From NCBI RefSeq assembly GCF_963921235.1, contig NC_086108.1:97714001-97778000 (forward strand): a DNA stretch of 64,000 bases. Reading direction: 5' to 3'. Shown here one piece after another: positions 13,506 through 25,569 of the stretch; position 1 is the first letter of the stretch; every line of letters starts with the position of its first letter. The stretch comes from Mobula hypostoma. Lineage: Eukaryota. Below the pieces are notes generated by a model. The model was given only the letters and a program-made list of their open reading frames with translations, had not been told where the DNA came from and made no database searches. The translations under genes and the position numbers were made by a program.

Positions 13506-13539
13506 TTTCTTCTGATGGTAAAAAAAAATGATCTAATCC

Positions 13540-13830
13540 AGGGCACACAGTCTCAGAAATCAAGAATGTTCCTTTAGAACAGAGAGAAGAAGGAATTTCT
13601 TTAGCCAGAGTGTGGTGAATCTGTGGAATTCATTGTCACAGATGGCTCCGGAGGTCAAGTTATTAGGTATATTTACAGTGGAGGTTGATAGGTTCTTGAT
13701 TAGTATGAGGTTCAAAAGTTACAGAGTAAATGGGGTTGAGTCGGAAACTAAATCAGCAATAATAAAATGGCAGAGCAGACTCGATGGGCTGAATAGCCTA
13801 ACTCTGACCCTACTGTGTGCCTTATGGTCA
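13540..13830 (+). mobile_element. CR1 LINE 3' fragment
   Basis: VVNLWNSLSQ...VEVDRFLIS plus CR1 3'UTR. Confidence 0.88.
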
Positions 13831-14221
13831 GTCAATCCATTAGCCCATCCTTGGCCATATAGGGAGCTCCTTTCCTGCCTCATCATCAAAGCATCTCAGC
13901 ATCCACAATGAGTTTGACCTGAGGGCCAGGACATTGGTATGCTGACTGAGGCTGGCACATGACACTGAGTGCGTCCTGCTCTAAAACACCAATCTGAAAC
14001 CCACCTGACATATCCAGACCTCACCAGCCACTACCAAGACAACATATTGATGAAAAGAAGTCTTTGAGTTCCCATCCGGAAGATGAAAGCGTAAAAATGA
14101 TTCATTCTAGAATTAGTAAGCCATTTCAGTAGCAGCAACCATAAGTTTCCGGAATGTTCTAACTGATTGACAGAAATGTCCTCCCTTACCCTATCGGGCC
14201 CATTTGTGACTTCTTGTAGAG

Positions 14222-14910
14222 GGGTTCAATGGGGAGGGGAAGTGGTGTAATCTCGCAGGTGATTGGTGAAGCCAAGTGAGAGGGAAGGTGGGACAGTTGT
14301 GGAGGGGGAATGAAGTGAAAAGGTGAAAAAGGGAGGTGATAAGTAGAAAAGGTAAAGGGCTGAAGAAGAAACACAAACAGGAGAAAATCTGCAGATGCTG
14401 GAAATCCAACACACAAAATGCTGGAGCAACTCAGCAGGCCAGGCAGCATCTATGGAGAAGAGTAAACAGTCGAAGTATCAGCTCTTTTCCATAGAAGCTG
14501 CCTGGCCTGCTGAGTTCCTCCAACATTCTTCCAGCATTTTGTGTCTGTTGCGTGAAGAAGGAGGTATCTGATAGGAGAGTAGAGGAGAGTCCACCACGGG
14601 CAAAAGGGAAGGAGGAGGAGAGCCAGAGGTGGATGATGGGCAGGTGAGTTGAAGAGGAGGGGAGACAAGGTAATCAGAATGGGGAACAGAAAAAAGAAAG
14701 AAGAGGGAGGAGGGAGAAATTACTGGAAATTAATATTCATGCCATCAGGTTGGAGGCTACCCAGGTGGAATATGAGGTGTTGGTCCTCCAACCTGAGAGT
14801 GACCTCATCGTGGCAGTAGAGGAGGCCATGGGCAGACATGTTAGAATGGGAAAGGGAAGTAGAGTTAAAATAGGGTTCAGTGAGAAGTCCTGCCTGTTAT
14901 GATAGACAGG
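14222..14910 (-). mobile_element. Penelope-like element 3' fragment, interrupted by a fold-back mini-element
   Basis: Purine-rich reverse complement of the PLE 3' region. 14735-14850 matches the GIY-YIG C-terminal region also seen at 35500-35630 and 51963-52193. Confidence 0.8.
14369..14552. mobile_element. PLE-derived fold-back mini-element (ribozyme core deleted)
   Basis: Inverted arms (caacacacaaaatgctggag...caggcagcatctatgg and its reverse complement). 8-bp TSD tgaagaag at 14361-14368 and 14553-14560. Confidence 0.85.
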
Positions 14911-14999
14911 TAATTAGGGATGGACAGTAAATATTGGCCATCCTGGCAAGCTCCATATCCTGTAAATGAATTAAGCAAAACCTAACTTGTATGAAATTA

Positions 15000-15134
15000 A
15001 CGCAAACACGAGGAAATCTGCAGATGCTGGAATTTCAAGCAACACACATAAAAGTTGCTGGTGAACGCAGCAGGCCAGGCAGCATCTCTAGGAAGAAGCC
15101 CTGCTGCGTTCACCAGCAACTATTATATGTGTTG
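15000..15134. mobile_element. PLE-derived fold-back mini-element
   Basis: Inverted arms gttgctggtgaacgcagcagg / cctgctgcgttcaccagcaac. Perfect 14-bp TSD cttgtatgaaatta at 14986-14999 and 15135-15148. Confidence 0.9.
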
Positions 15135-15344
15135 CTTGTATGAAATTATTTTTCTTTGGATGATGTCCCATTATTTTTCCCATTTCTGGGACAATTATGG
15201 TACAAATGCAATGAGCAAATCGATGCAGTCACCATCAAAAACAGACATGTTCTGAAAAATGTCTTCATTTGTTCCAAATGAACACCAGTCACGGGGTTGA
15301 CTGTGTGGTATGAAAATCTCCTTCATCGTGTTGTAGAGTCAGAT

Positions 15345-16040
15345 GTTGAACAACTTCTTTACAGACTGTGGGTTTGTGAAGAGGTTGTGGAGAAAGGTAC
15401 AAGGTCCTGTGTCATTGTTCATCCCCAGCAGCCGTGTGACAGCAGACTCTCAGATCTATGGGTTGTTCCCAGAGTCACACACACACAGACAAACATCAAT
15501 TGCTGCAGATCATCAACTCAGTGAAATAAGGTTGAGGATGGGCAGGTTAGCTTCTCATACACCGATCCTTTCATTCCCAGGATTATTTTCATGAACCTCC
15601 TCTGCGTTTTGCAATGATTAAGGCTAAGTCAAAAAGGTTTAGTCAAGGAGGTAGAGTATAAAGATGCCCTTCGATCTGCCTGAACGTTGTTGGTCTCTCA
15701 GCACATTGAGATGTCCGTGGGTGAATTCTGCCGACTGGCACACTTCAGGCTGCAGGAGTACGTGGAGAGGGATGCACTGAAGCTTGGTGTAGCCACCGCA
15801 AGGGCTCAGTGGGGAAGGACCACAAGGTAGGGTTCTGCTACCGCGGAGGCAGGGGTTGGGTTGGGTGAGGAGGTCCCTCAACTAGTTTATCACCAAGGCA
15901 GTCATAGGAGTGGTAGCAGTGTTATTGATTTGTAGGAAAGTATTAGAACAGTATAGAAAACATTGACTGTGAATGGAAAGAATGAAGAGACATTGCAAGG
16001 TTTATAAATTCTTATTATGAATAAAGTTTCTTTTTAAAAA
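15345..16040 (+). mobile_element. Tx1/L1-clade LINE 3' fragment (ORF2 C-terminus)
   Basis: FTDCGFVKRLWRKVQ...IYGLFP; after an insertion, KDALRSA*TLLVSQHIEMSVGEFCRLAHFRLQEYVERDALKLG...QWGRTT*. AATAAA at ~16020 followed by a short A run. Confidence 0.75.
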
Positions 16041-16409
16041 AGGATGTTGGATAGTTCCACTCTATTCTCAGCCAATAACACAGTCAGGGGAGCACCCACA
16101 GCCAACCTCCAGAGCAAAGCTCCCTGGAGGCCACTGCTGAGAGCAGCCAGCTTTCTATTCGCTGGCAAATCTTGGAAGTCTCCTCATCTCCTACTCACAC
16201 TCACTTCCTGCTCGATGGCTCTCCGTGCTACTCCCTGTGATAATCCCTCCCACTCGCTAATTATTTCTCCTGGATGGTGCATCAAGGCTGGAGTTGCAAG
16301 GGGACCACTCTTGCACCTATTTCTTCGTTACCTCAGGCATTCTTTACGACTGCTTCCAAGCCTTATGTTTCAAGACATCCTTTTCAAGTGAATAAAGTTA
16401 GTTTTGAAG

Positions 16410-17080
16410 TGCATTTTGCAGTCAATGGATCTGGGGTTGAAAGGGTAAAGAGCTTCAAGTTCCACGGCATCCACATCATGGACCTCACGTGATCTGTACA
16501 CACCAGCTGTGTGCTGAAAAAAAGCACAACAGCGCCTCTTTCACCTCAAACAGTTAAGCAAGTTTGGTATGGCGCCCCAAATCCTAAGAACTCTCTGCAG
16601 GAGCACAATTGAGAGCATCCTGACTGGCTGGTATGGGAACTGTACCTCTCCCAAATGCAGGGCTCTGCAGAGAGTGGTGTGGACAGCCCAGCGCATCTGT
16701 AGATGTGAACTTCCCATGTTTCAGGACACTTATAAGGACAGGTGTGTAAAAAGGGCTAATGACTAGGATCATTGGGGACTCGAGTCACCCCAACCACAAT
16801 CTATTCCTGCTGCTACCATCTGGGAAACGGTACCGCAGCGTAAGAGCCAGGACCAACAGGCTCCGGGACAGCTTCTCCCACCAGGCCATCAGACTGATGA
16901 ATTCACGTTGATCTGAGTGTACTCTGTATTATGTTGACTGTTCTATTTAGTATAAATCATGATAAATTACTATGATTGCACATTGCACATTTAGATGGAG
17001 ATGTAATGTAAAGATTTTTACTCCTCATGTACGTGAAGGATGTAAGAAATAAAGTCAAATCATTTCAATTCGATTCAATT
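16410..17080 (+). mobile_element. Rex1/Babar-like LINE 3' fragment
   Basis: VERVKSFKFHGIHI; STIESILTGWYGNC; (TTCAA)n-like tail at ~17060-17080. Confidence 0.9.
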
Positions 17081-17154
17081 CCTGTCATCTAATAAGCACA
17101 GAGAGAAGGCAGGAGAATGGGGTTAAGAGGAATAATAAATTAGCCATTGTCGAA

Positions 17155-17673
17155 AACATCTTTGCCATAGAGGGAGTACAAAGAAGGTTCACCAGATTGA
17201 TTCCTGGGATGGCAGGTCTTTCATATGAAGAAAGACTGGATGAACTGGGCTTGTACTCGTTGGAATTTAGAAGATTGAGGGGGGATCTGATTGAAACGTA
17301 TAAGATCCTAAAGGGATTGGACAGACTAAATGCGGGAAGATTGTTCCCGATGTTGGGGAGGTCTAGAACGAGGGGTCACAGTTTGAGGATAGAGGGGAAG
17401 CCTTTTAGGACCGAGGTTAGGAAAAACTTCTTCACACAGAGAGTGGTGAATCTGTGGAATTCTCTGCCACAGCAAACTGTTGAGGCCAGTTCATTAGCTA
17501 TGTTTAAAAGGAAGTTAGATATGGCCCTTGTGGCTACAGGGGTCAGGGGGTATGGAGGGAAGGCTGGGTTCTGAGTTGGATGATCAGCCATGATCATAAT
17601 AAATGGCGGTGCAGGCTCGAAGGGCCGAATGGCCTACTCCTGCACCTATTTTCTATGTTTCTATGTTTCTATG
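17155..17673 (+). mobile_element. Young CR1 3' fragment nested in the 3'UTR of an older CR1 (~17100-17750)
   Basis: Intact ORF 17197-17574 (IPGMAGLSYEERLDELGLYSLEFRRLRGDLIE...FFTQRVVNLWNSLP). (TTTCTATG)n tail. Highly similar to 2365-2884 and 55195-55716. Confidence 0.95.
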
Positions 17674-17856
17674 AATGGCGGAGCAAATGGGATGAGTCAA
17701 ACTGTCTGCTTCTGCACCTATGTCTTATGCACCTATGTCTTATGGTCTCATACGCAGAGAGGTTGAACTTCACTTGTTCTGAACAACTTATTTGACCTAA
17801 AGGAAAGGTCTCAGGTGAATGAAGCTAATGAACAATAAAAACTACAGGCAAAAACT

Positions 17857-18325
17857 TAGACTATAAAACACAGGAGCAGAATCCAGCTATTAGGCCCATC
17901 GAGTCTTCTCACCGTTCCGTCCTGGCTGACTTATTATCCCTCTCAACCCCATTCTCCTGCCTTCTCCAAGTAATCTTTGATGCCCTTACTAATCGAGAAC
18001 TTTTCAACCTTTGCTTTAAATATACCCAATGACTTGGTCTCCGCAGCCATTCGTAGTGATGAATTTCACCGATTTACCAGCCTCTGGCTAATGGAATTGC
18101 TCCTCATCTCTGTTCTAAAGGGACATTCTTTTATTCTGAGGCTCCGCCCTCCAGTCCTAGACTCCACCGCTACAGGAAACATTCGTTCCAGCTCTGCTCT
18201 TTCCAGGCCTTCCAATATTCAATAGGACTCAGTGAGGATCCAGCGAGTACAGGCCCAGAGACATCAAACACTTCTTTTATGCTACCCCAGGATAGTTTTC
18301 ATAACTCTCCTCTGGACCTTTTGCA
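17857..18325 (-). mobile_element. CR1 LINE 3' fragment
   Basis: Reverse-complement CR1 3'UTR and ORF2 C-terminus. Confidence 0.85.
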
Positions 18326-18884
18326 ATGATTACGGCTAAGTCAAAGAGGGTTAGTTAAGAAGGTAGGGGATAAAGACGCGTCTTAACTGAGAAGAGAGAA
18401 GTAAAAGACAGAGAAGGGAATTCCAGAACTTGGGATATAAAATACTAAATCCATAGCTGTCAATTATTTTTTTTTAGATAAATTGCTACCTTTGCAGAAA
18501 CATAGAATTCTTGGACAGTTGGAAGAACTAGTCCCGGAGAGATGTGAATGCAATAGCAATTGTAGAAAGGGGATGTTACTACTCTCCAGTACAATAGGAA
18601 ATATTAATCTGTGTATATTATTCATTGTAGGTGTGTGCTGGCATAACAACTGAAAACTACAAGGCCTGGAAGTCAAGTTTAAATTTCAAACGCTTCAGGA
18701 CTGATTTTGCAAGGTGCAATGGTGCAGGCAGGTTACCATGACAACCATTCAACTACCAAGAAGAATTAAGTGGTCTGTTCTTGCTTGACTCTGCAATGTT
18801 TTAATACAGTTTGTTTATAGAGAATTGTTTTAACACTATTTTGAAATATTAATTGCCTAAACAATAACACACTTAACATAATAC

Positions 18885-19155
18885 AAGGCTAAAATGAGGA
18901 GACATAATTTTAAGATGATTGGAGGAAAGAATAAGGGGCATATCAAAGGTATTTTTTTCACAGAGAGTGGAGCGTTTGTGGAATGTAGTGCCATGGGTGG
19001 TGGTAGAGGCAGATACATATAAGAGACTCTTAGAGGGGCAAATGAATGATAGAAAATGGAGGGCTATGTCGGAGGGAAGAGTTAGATTGATCTTAGAGTA
19101 GGATCTAAAATTGACACAGTATCATGGGCTGAAGGGCCTGTAGTGTGCTGTAGCA
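18885..19155 (+). mobile_element. Old CR1 3' fragment
   Basis: FFSQRVERLWNVVPWVVVEADT; gggctgaagggcctgtagtgtgctgta 3'UTR motif. Confidence 0.8.
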
Positions 19156-19399
19156 CCAGTTCTAACACCGGTTTTCAATGTCTATCAAGTCTGCAAGCCC
19201 AGGTCTTCTGAGGTAGTCCGTCAGCATCAGGGGTGACTTGCTTCTAGTCTAGTTCTATTGGCTCTGAGGTGGCTGATGAGCCCTGTGGTGGGATTCAGAG
19301 AATCGAGAGGTGGGACATGTGCAAGGTGGGATATGTGTGAGATGGGGTGGGGATTGGGTAGTGTGGGCAGTGGTGCATTCTGCCCCCGCTTCCATTTCC

Positions 19400-19975
19400 A
19401 TCAAAAGCAATTTGGCGTGTCCGCTTTGACCTTCACCAATTTTTATTGATGCACCATACTGTAGATCAGGATGCTTGGTATGGAAGCTGCAGAGAGTTGT
19501 GGTCACAGTTCTACACATCACCAAACCAGCCTCCCCTCCACTGACTCCGCCTACACTTCCCACTGCCTCTGTAAAGATTCAAGATTCAAGTTTACCTATC
19601 ATGTATACACTAAGACATACAGTGAAATGTGTTATTTGCATTAACAAACCATACATGAGGGGACAGCTTGCAAACTGTCACCATACAGTCCGGCAGCAAC
19701 ATGGCATGTCAATAAAGCAGTCTGCATTATCATAGTCCTGGCCCACCTCGGACTTTCTCTCTTCTCCCCACTCCCAAAAGAAATTAGATACAAAAGCCTG
19801 AAAACATTTACCATCAGGCTGAACGACAGCTTCTATCCCACTGTTTTACTGGTTCCCTAGTATGAGAAGATGGACTCCTGACCTCACAGTCTACCTTGTT
19901 ATGAACTTGCACCTTATTGTCTACTACGCTGTGCCCGCTCTGTAACTGTAACACTATATTCTGCATTCTGCTATT
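19400..19975 (+). mobile_element. Rex1/Babar-like 3' fragment with nested SINE remnant (~19575-19710)
   Basis: LTNFY, KLQRVVVTVLHITKPASP, aggctgaacgacagcttctatccc motifs. Confidence 0.7.
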
Positions 19976-20629
19976 TGTCACAGGGTGCGCTTGAAGGACT
20001 GGACCCAAGTCAGAGGAACGAGAGACCTTCTCTGTCACGGTGGTTGCTGGCTCCGGCTCACCCCAGGAGAGGAGGATGGGTAGGCTCATGACCTGACCCA
20101 GGGGCGGGGGAATGGCAGAATCCCCATGAAGAGACAGAAACAAGAGAATAGGCATAGGAATGCCAACAGAGGGACGACTGAGCGACACCGTGAGACAGAT
20201 CATTGTCTTTATCATAGTAGGACTCTGCTAAAGAGCTAACTTTAAATAATCATAAAATGCAGGAATCACGTGCCAGTCACAATTAACTTGACAAGAGTAA
20301 ATAGAAAGCACAAGGGCTTAATGGCTCTAGTTAAGGTAACAGGGTAAATACAAGTGCTCAAGAAACTCAGAAGATCAATGTTCTATGACAAGCTGCAGGG
20401 CTCATGATAGCATTTTTTAATGAATTGAAATTTTATGCAAGTCAAGTTTTTCACTGTACCTTAGTATATGTGACAATAATAATCCAATTTACTAATTTAG
20501 CATCAATTTTACTTCTCTTTTTTTTTGCATGCAATTCTGGTCTCTACATGTGTAAAGACTTGAGTAGGCTTACAAGAGGTTCCACGGACAAGGTGAACGT
20601 GGAGAAACCAGAGGAGGTTTGGCAACACA

Positions 20630-20762
20630 GGGGACTGCAGATTCTGGAATCTGGAGCAACAAACAATCTTCTAGAAGAACTCATTGGATTGAGCAGCATC
20701 TGCGGGAAAGATGGGAAAAAGGAACTGTTGATATTTCAGATCATCTCGCTACATCAGGACTC
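20630..20762 (-). mobile_element. Old single-arm PLE terminal fragment
   Basis: ctgcagattctggaatctggagcaacaaacaa...gttgatatttcag...catcaggact; diverged version of the PLE terminus. Confidence 0.65.
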
Positions 20763-20959
20763 CTTGAGAGGAGATGTGTTTTGTTTGACTATTCTTTTTG
20801 GGATATGAGTAACTCTGGCAAGGCCATCATTTCTTGATCAACCCCAATTGATGGACAGCTTAGTGATTAATAAATATTTAGGTCAGGACATGAATTATAT
20901 CAGTTCCCACCGGCTGATTAATGGTCCATTGACTAGGAATGTGGCAAGGAAAAGGAGGC

Positions 20960-21450
20960 ACTAAAGCCCAGGAATAGAAAAGTCCACAAAAGTGATGGAT
21001 ACTGCCCAGTCCATCGTAGGCAGAGCCCTCCCAAAATTGAGCACATTTAGATGGAGCACTGACACAAGAAAGTAGCATCCATCTTCAAGGATACCCACCT
21101 TCCAGGCCATGCTCTCATCTCGCTACTACAATCGGATGGAAGCCTAACGTCCCACTCCACCAGGTTCTGGGACAGTTATTACCCTACAACCATCAGACTC
21201 CTGAATCAGAGTGGGTAACATCACTCACCACAACTTTGAACTGATTCCACAACCTAGAGACTCACTTTCAAGGACTCTAAAATGCAGGTTCTCAGTATTA
21301 ACTTTTTATTTGCATAATTCGTCTTCTTTTGCACATTACTTGTTAGTCTTTATTTGTGTATATTATTTCATAAGTTCTATTACATTTCTTTATTTTCCTG
21401 TAAATTCCTGCAAAAAAAGAATTGCAAGGAAGTGTATAGTAACATTAAAT
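20960..21450 (+). mobile_element. Rex1/Babar-like 3' fragment
   Basis: Similar to 6160-6740 (aaaagtgatggatactgcccagtccatc; caggttctgggacagttattaccct). Confidence 0.85.
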
Positions 21451-21479
21451 TTAATTTAATAGCAATGTAATAATTTAAT

Positions 21480-22275
21480 ATCTCCTAACGGCAACTCCTT
21501 TGCTTGCATCTTCAGAAACAGCTCTATTTCCATCTTTAATATCACTATTTTTCCCTTTCAGGGTTTTTGAAGACCCTGACCTGGAGCTGCACACTGACTT
21601 TGGTTCTTTGCGGGAACGGGACTCGCTCTCAGGGTTTCACGACTGGCCGTTACTCGATATGCAAGGATGCAGCCTAAGAGATAAGTTCGCTTTCGGAGTT
21701 CCGGGATCTTGTGGCTCTGGAGACAGGAGGACCGAAGGTCAGTGTCTCGGCTTCATACCGGTGTGCCATAGGAGACAGAAGATCTCTAACTGTGCGCCCA
21801 GAGACCAGAGATCTTTGGGCACGCAGCTCGGAAAAAGCAACGCAACGGACTTTTAACATTGTAAATCAGCGAGTTGTTTGTTATGTCTCCCCTCTCGCTG
21901 TGAGGACAGAGACACTTCTTTCTCCCTTATTAGGGAGAGAGAGAGAGCCTGCGGTATGTCGAATACCGGGTGAATGAGCAGTCTTTCGGGTACTGTAAGT
22001 CTGTATCTCTGCTGTTGCTTTGCTTCACGCTCGAGTGCTCAGTGGCGGGTGCTGATGATTTTTTTTGCTGGTGGGGGAGGGGAGATCGTTGCTTTGCTGC
22101 TGCTTACATGTGGGAGGGGGGAACTGGGGGAGGACTTTGGGGTTCTAACATTTAACTGTTGTTCATTCTTTGGGGCACTCCTCTCTTTTCGTGGATGGTT
22201 GTGAAGAAAAAGCATTTCAGGATGTATATTGTATACATTTCTCTGACATTAAATGTACCTTTGAAACCTTTGAAT
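21480..22275 (+). mobile_element. CpG-rich non-coding retroposon with Rex1-type 3' tail
   Basis: No TE protein ORF. Ends attaaatgtacctttgaaacctttgaa. Similar 3' ends at ~40080-40275 and ~63700-63855. Confidence 0.6.
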
Positions 22276-22794
22276 TTCACTTTTACTTTGACTTAGAGAT
22301 GCCAATTTAAAGTTTAGGGCGAGCGTTACAGAGAAGACCAGGTTTCTGCAGCAAGTGGTGGAGACCTACAGGGGTGATGATAACACAGATGATCAATGAT
22401 GGACACCAGTTGAGCTCTGGAGGGAAATAAAGTCAGGATCTGGAGCTGGGGCAAGGGAATAGGACTGACAGGATTTCTCCACTGAAGACTTTAATGATCA
22501 CAGTGGGTCAAAAGGCTTCTGTCTGTGTGGTTAAGACTCCATAAATAATTACCAAACAATTCAGAAACAATGACCAGAAAACTCGCAATTACTTTTTTAA
22601 AACCTGCACCATCTGCTTCTACCCTTCATAGGGAAATTTGTCTTTCACCAATCTGACTTTCTGTGCAACTCCTCAGCCCACAAATTTCCATTTATTCAAA
22701 ATTCAAAGAAAATTTATTATTAAAATACATAAATGTCACCATACACAATGCACAGATTTGTTTCCTTGCAGGCATTCACAGGAAATGAAAAGAA

Positions 22795-23152
22795 ACCATG
22801 CTCTTTTCTCACTGCTGCCATCAGGTAGAATGTACAAGAGCCTCAGGACTCACACCACCAGGTTCAAGAACAATTACTACCCCTCAACCGTCAGGCTCTT
22901 GGACAAAAGGAGATAACTTCTCAAATTCTGTTTCTGGTGTTTTTACAACAGATGGTCTCACTTTAAGGATGCTTTATCTTGTTATTTAATGCTGTTTATT
23001 TATATTTGCATTTTCATAGTTTGTTGTCCATTGATCCTGTTTACAGTTACTGTTGTATGGATTTGCTAAGTATGCCTGCAGGAAAAAGAATCTCAGGGTT
23101 GTATGTAATGACCTGTATGTACTCTGATAATAAATTGTACTTTGAACTTTGA
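22795..23152 (+). mobile_element. Rex1/Babar-like 3' fragment (abutting an opposite-strand Rex tail at 22695-22795)
   Basis: HALFSLLPSGRMYKSLRTHTTRFKNNYYPSTVRLL; tail tttgaactttgaa. Confidence 0.88.
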
Positions 23153-23194
23153 AACAAAGAATGCTTCAGCAAACAATGTATTTACAATTTTTTT

Positions 23195-23350
23195 TTAGCC
23201 CTTAACTCCAAGTAGAGTCATTGGGATGCTGTCAGTGTGGCGTTTTTTTTTGGCAGGCTTTCTTATTTTTACGAGGCCAAGTTGCTAGCTTGACGCTCAA
23301 CCCAGCACGGATGGAAAGCGTGCAAGGGAGCTGGCTGGATTCGAACTCAA
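23195..23350 (-). mobile_element. tRNA-derived SINE fragment with RTE-related body
   Basis: Minus-strand B box gagttcgaatcc, followed by gggttgagcgtcaagctagcaacttggcctcgtaaaa. Confidence 0.6.
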
Positions 23351-24140
23351 GAATCAGCTCCTTGGTCTTGCTGACATTGAGTGAGAGATTATTGTTGTGG
23401 AACCACTCAGCCAGATTTTCAATCTCTTTCCTATATGCTGATCTGTCGCCACCTTTGATTCGGCCAACAACAGTGGTGCTGTCAGCAAACTTAAATATGG
23501 CATTGGAGCTGTACATAGCCACACAGTTATAAGTGTGAAGTGAATAGACCACTGAGCTAAGCACACAGCCTTGTGGTGCACCTTTGCTGGTGGTGATTGT
23601 GGAGGAGATATTGTTGCCAATCAGAACTGACAGGTCAGCAAGTGAGGAAATCCAGGTGCACAAGGAAAAAATGAGGCTTAGGTCTTGGAGTTTATTGATT
23701 CATTTTGAGGGGATGATAGTATTCAGTGCTGAGCTGCAGTGATTGAACAGCACCCTGATACATTCATCTTCACGTCCTGATGTTCCAGAGCTGAGTGAAG
23801 AACCAATGAAAGAGCATCTGCTATTGACCTGTTATGATGGTAGGCAAATTGGAGTGGATCCAAGTCGCTTCTCAATCAGGAGTTGGTATGCTTCATCACC
23901 AAGCTCTCAAAGCACTTACATCCACTCTGATGAAGTGCTTACAGTGGATGTAAGTGCTACTGGATGATAGTCATTGAGGTAGGTTACTACATTCTTCTTA
24001 GACACCGGTATAATTGAAGCAAGCAGGTAACTCAGATTGCCAAAGTGAGAGCTTAAAGATGTTAGTGAATGCAACAGCTAGTTGATTAGCACAGATCTTT
24101 ATCACTTAGCTAGGGACCCCTCTGGGCTGGATGTTTTCCT
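23350..24140 (-). mobile_element. Rex1/Babar-like RT fragment
   Basis: Minus ORF GAPQGCVLSSVVYSLHTYNC...IFKFADSTTVVGRI...NLSLNVSKTKELI. Confidence 0.9.
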
Positions 24141-24617
24141 AATGGCACGGCTGTATTTTACTGATACCCCATATGCGCTTGCTACCTTGTATGTGCATGG
24201 ACTAGGCCTCAAGCCGTGGTGTCACCTGGTTACAGCCGCCAGGAGAGAGGCGTTGGAGCTGCTGTGCTCTACCGGGGCTGGTGTGGCGTGGGGCCCAGGT
24301 TGGAGTCGGTAACGCCCCCCAGTGTTTGCTCAGCAGAAGACAAGCTGCATTGCGTTCGTCTGCAGATTTCGGCAGTGTTGAATGGCTCAAGTTTGGACTC
24401 CTATTGTGCGCTGTATCTTTCTATCTTATACACGCTATGTGTGCTTTGTGCTGTGTGTGACTGTTGGTACTGTGTTTTGCCCCTTGGCCCTGGAGTAACA
24501 CTGTTACACTTGGCTGTACTCATGAGTATTCACATATGGTCAAAGGGCAACTAAACTTAAATTAAGTTTAATTGAAAGTTACGAGAGCCCCAGATGAAGT
24601 ATATAGGAACATAAGGC

Positions 24618-24848
24618 ATGAGATTCTGTTGATACTTGAAATCCAGAGCAACTCACACAAAATGCTGGAGAAACTCAGCAGGTCAGGCAGGATCCCTGGA
24701 GAGGAATAAAGAGTCTATGTTTTGGACCAAGACTCTTCATCAAGAACTATGTGTCCTGATGAAGGGTCCCAGCCTAAAATATTGACTTTTTCCCTGTCCT
24801 TAAATGCAACCTGACCTGCTGGATTCCTCCAGCATTTTGTGTGTGTTA
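24618..24848. mobile_element. PLE-derived fold-back element with two decayed, divergently oriented hammerhead motifs
   Basis: Arms caactcacacaaaatgctggag...ttcatcaagaact / gtcctgatgaaggg...ctccagcattttgtgtgtgtt meet at ~24750. Confidence 0.8.
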
Positions 24849-24921
24849 CCGTAAAGTAAGCTGGAAAGACTTACCTTTATAGTGATTAGTAGAGGTTTAG
24901 AAGGTATAAGAGATTACTTTA

Positions 24922-25560
24922 AAAATGCAAACAACAGGAATTCTGCAGATGCTGGAAATTCAAGCAACACACATCAAAGTTGCTGGTGAACGCAGCAGGC
25001 CAGACAGCATCTCTAGGAAGAGGTACGGTCGACGTTTCAGGCCGAGAACCTTCGTCGGGACTAACTGAAGGAAGAGTTAGTAAGAGATTTGAAAGTGGGA
25101 GGGGGAGGGGGAGATCCAAAATGATAGGAGAAGACAGGAGGGGGAGGGATGGAGCCAAGAGCTGGACAGGTGATTGGCAAAGAGGATATGAGAGGATCAT
25201 GGGACAGGAGGTCCGGGGAGAAAGACGGGGAGATGGGGGGAACCCAGAGGATGGGCAAGGGGTATAGTCAGAGGGACAGAGGGAGAAATAGGAGAGTGAG
25301 AGAAAGAATGTGTGTATAAAAATAAATAACGGATGGGGTACGGGGGGAAGTGGGGCATTAGCAGAAGTTAGAGAAGTCGATGTTCATTAGCGGAAGTTAG
25401 AGAAGTGACTCTCCCCCTCCCCCTCCCACTTTCAAATCTTTTACTAACTCTTCCTTCAGTTAGTCCTGATGAAGGGTCTTGGCCTGAAACGTCGACTGTA
25501 CCTCTTCCAAGAGATGCTGCCTGGCCTGCTGCGTTCACCAGCAACTTTGATGTGTGCTGC
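24922..25560. mobile_element. Young PLE 3' fragment with inverted partial copy
   Basis: ~150-bp inverted arms 24964-25113 / 25410-25560. 13-bp TSD agagattacttta at 24909-24921 and 25561-25573. Confidence 0.92.
25462..25497 (+). ncRNA. Minimal type I hammerhead ribozyme motif (PLE-type)
   Basis: AGUC-CUGAUGA-AGG(gucuugg)CCU-GAAA-C-GUC^-GACU: complete core, helix I AGUC/GACU, helix III reduced to palindromic ACGU. Confidence 0.8.
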
Positions 25561-25569
25561 AGAGATTAC

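Noticed and set aside
16044..16391. 115-aa ORF in non-repeat-looking sequence
   Set aside because: No recognisable motif or clear splice structure; length is compatible with chance.
19975..20220. LTR-like fragment starting TGTCAC
   Set aside because: No matching 3' end or TSD identified.
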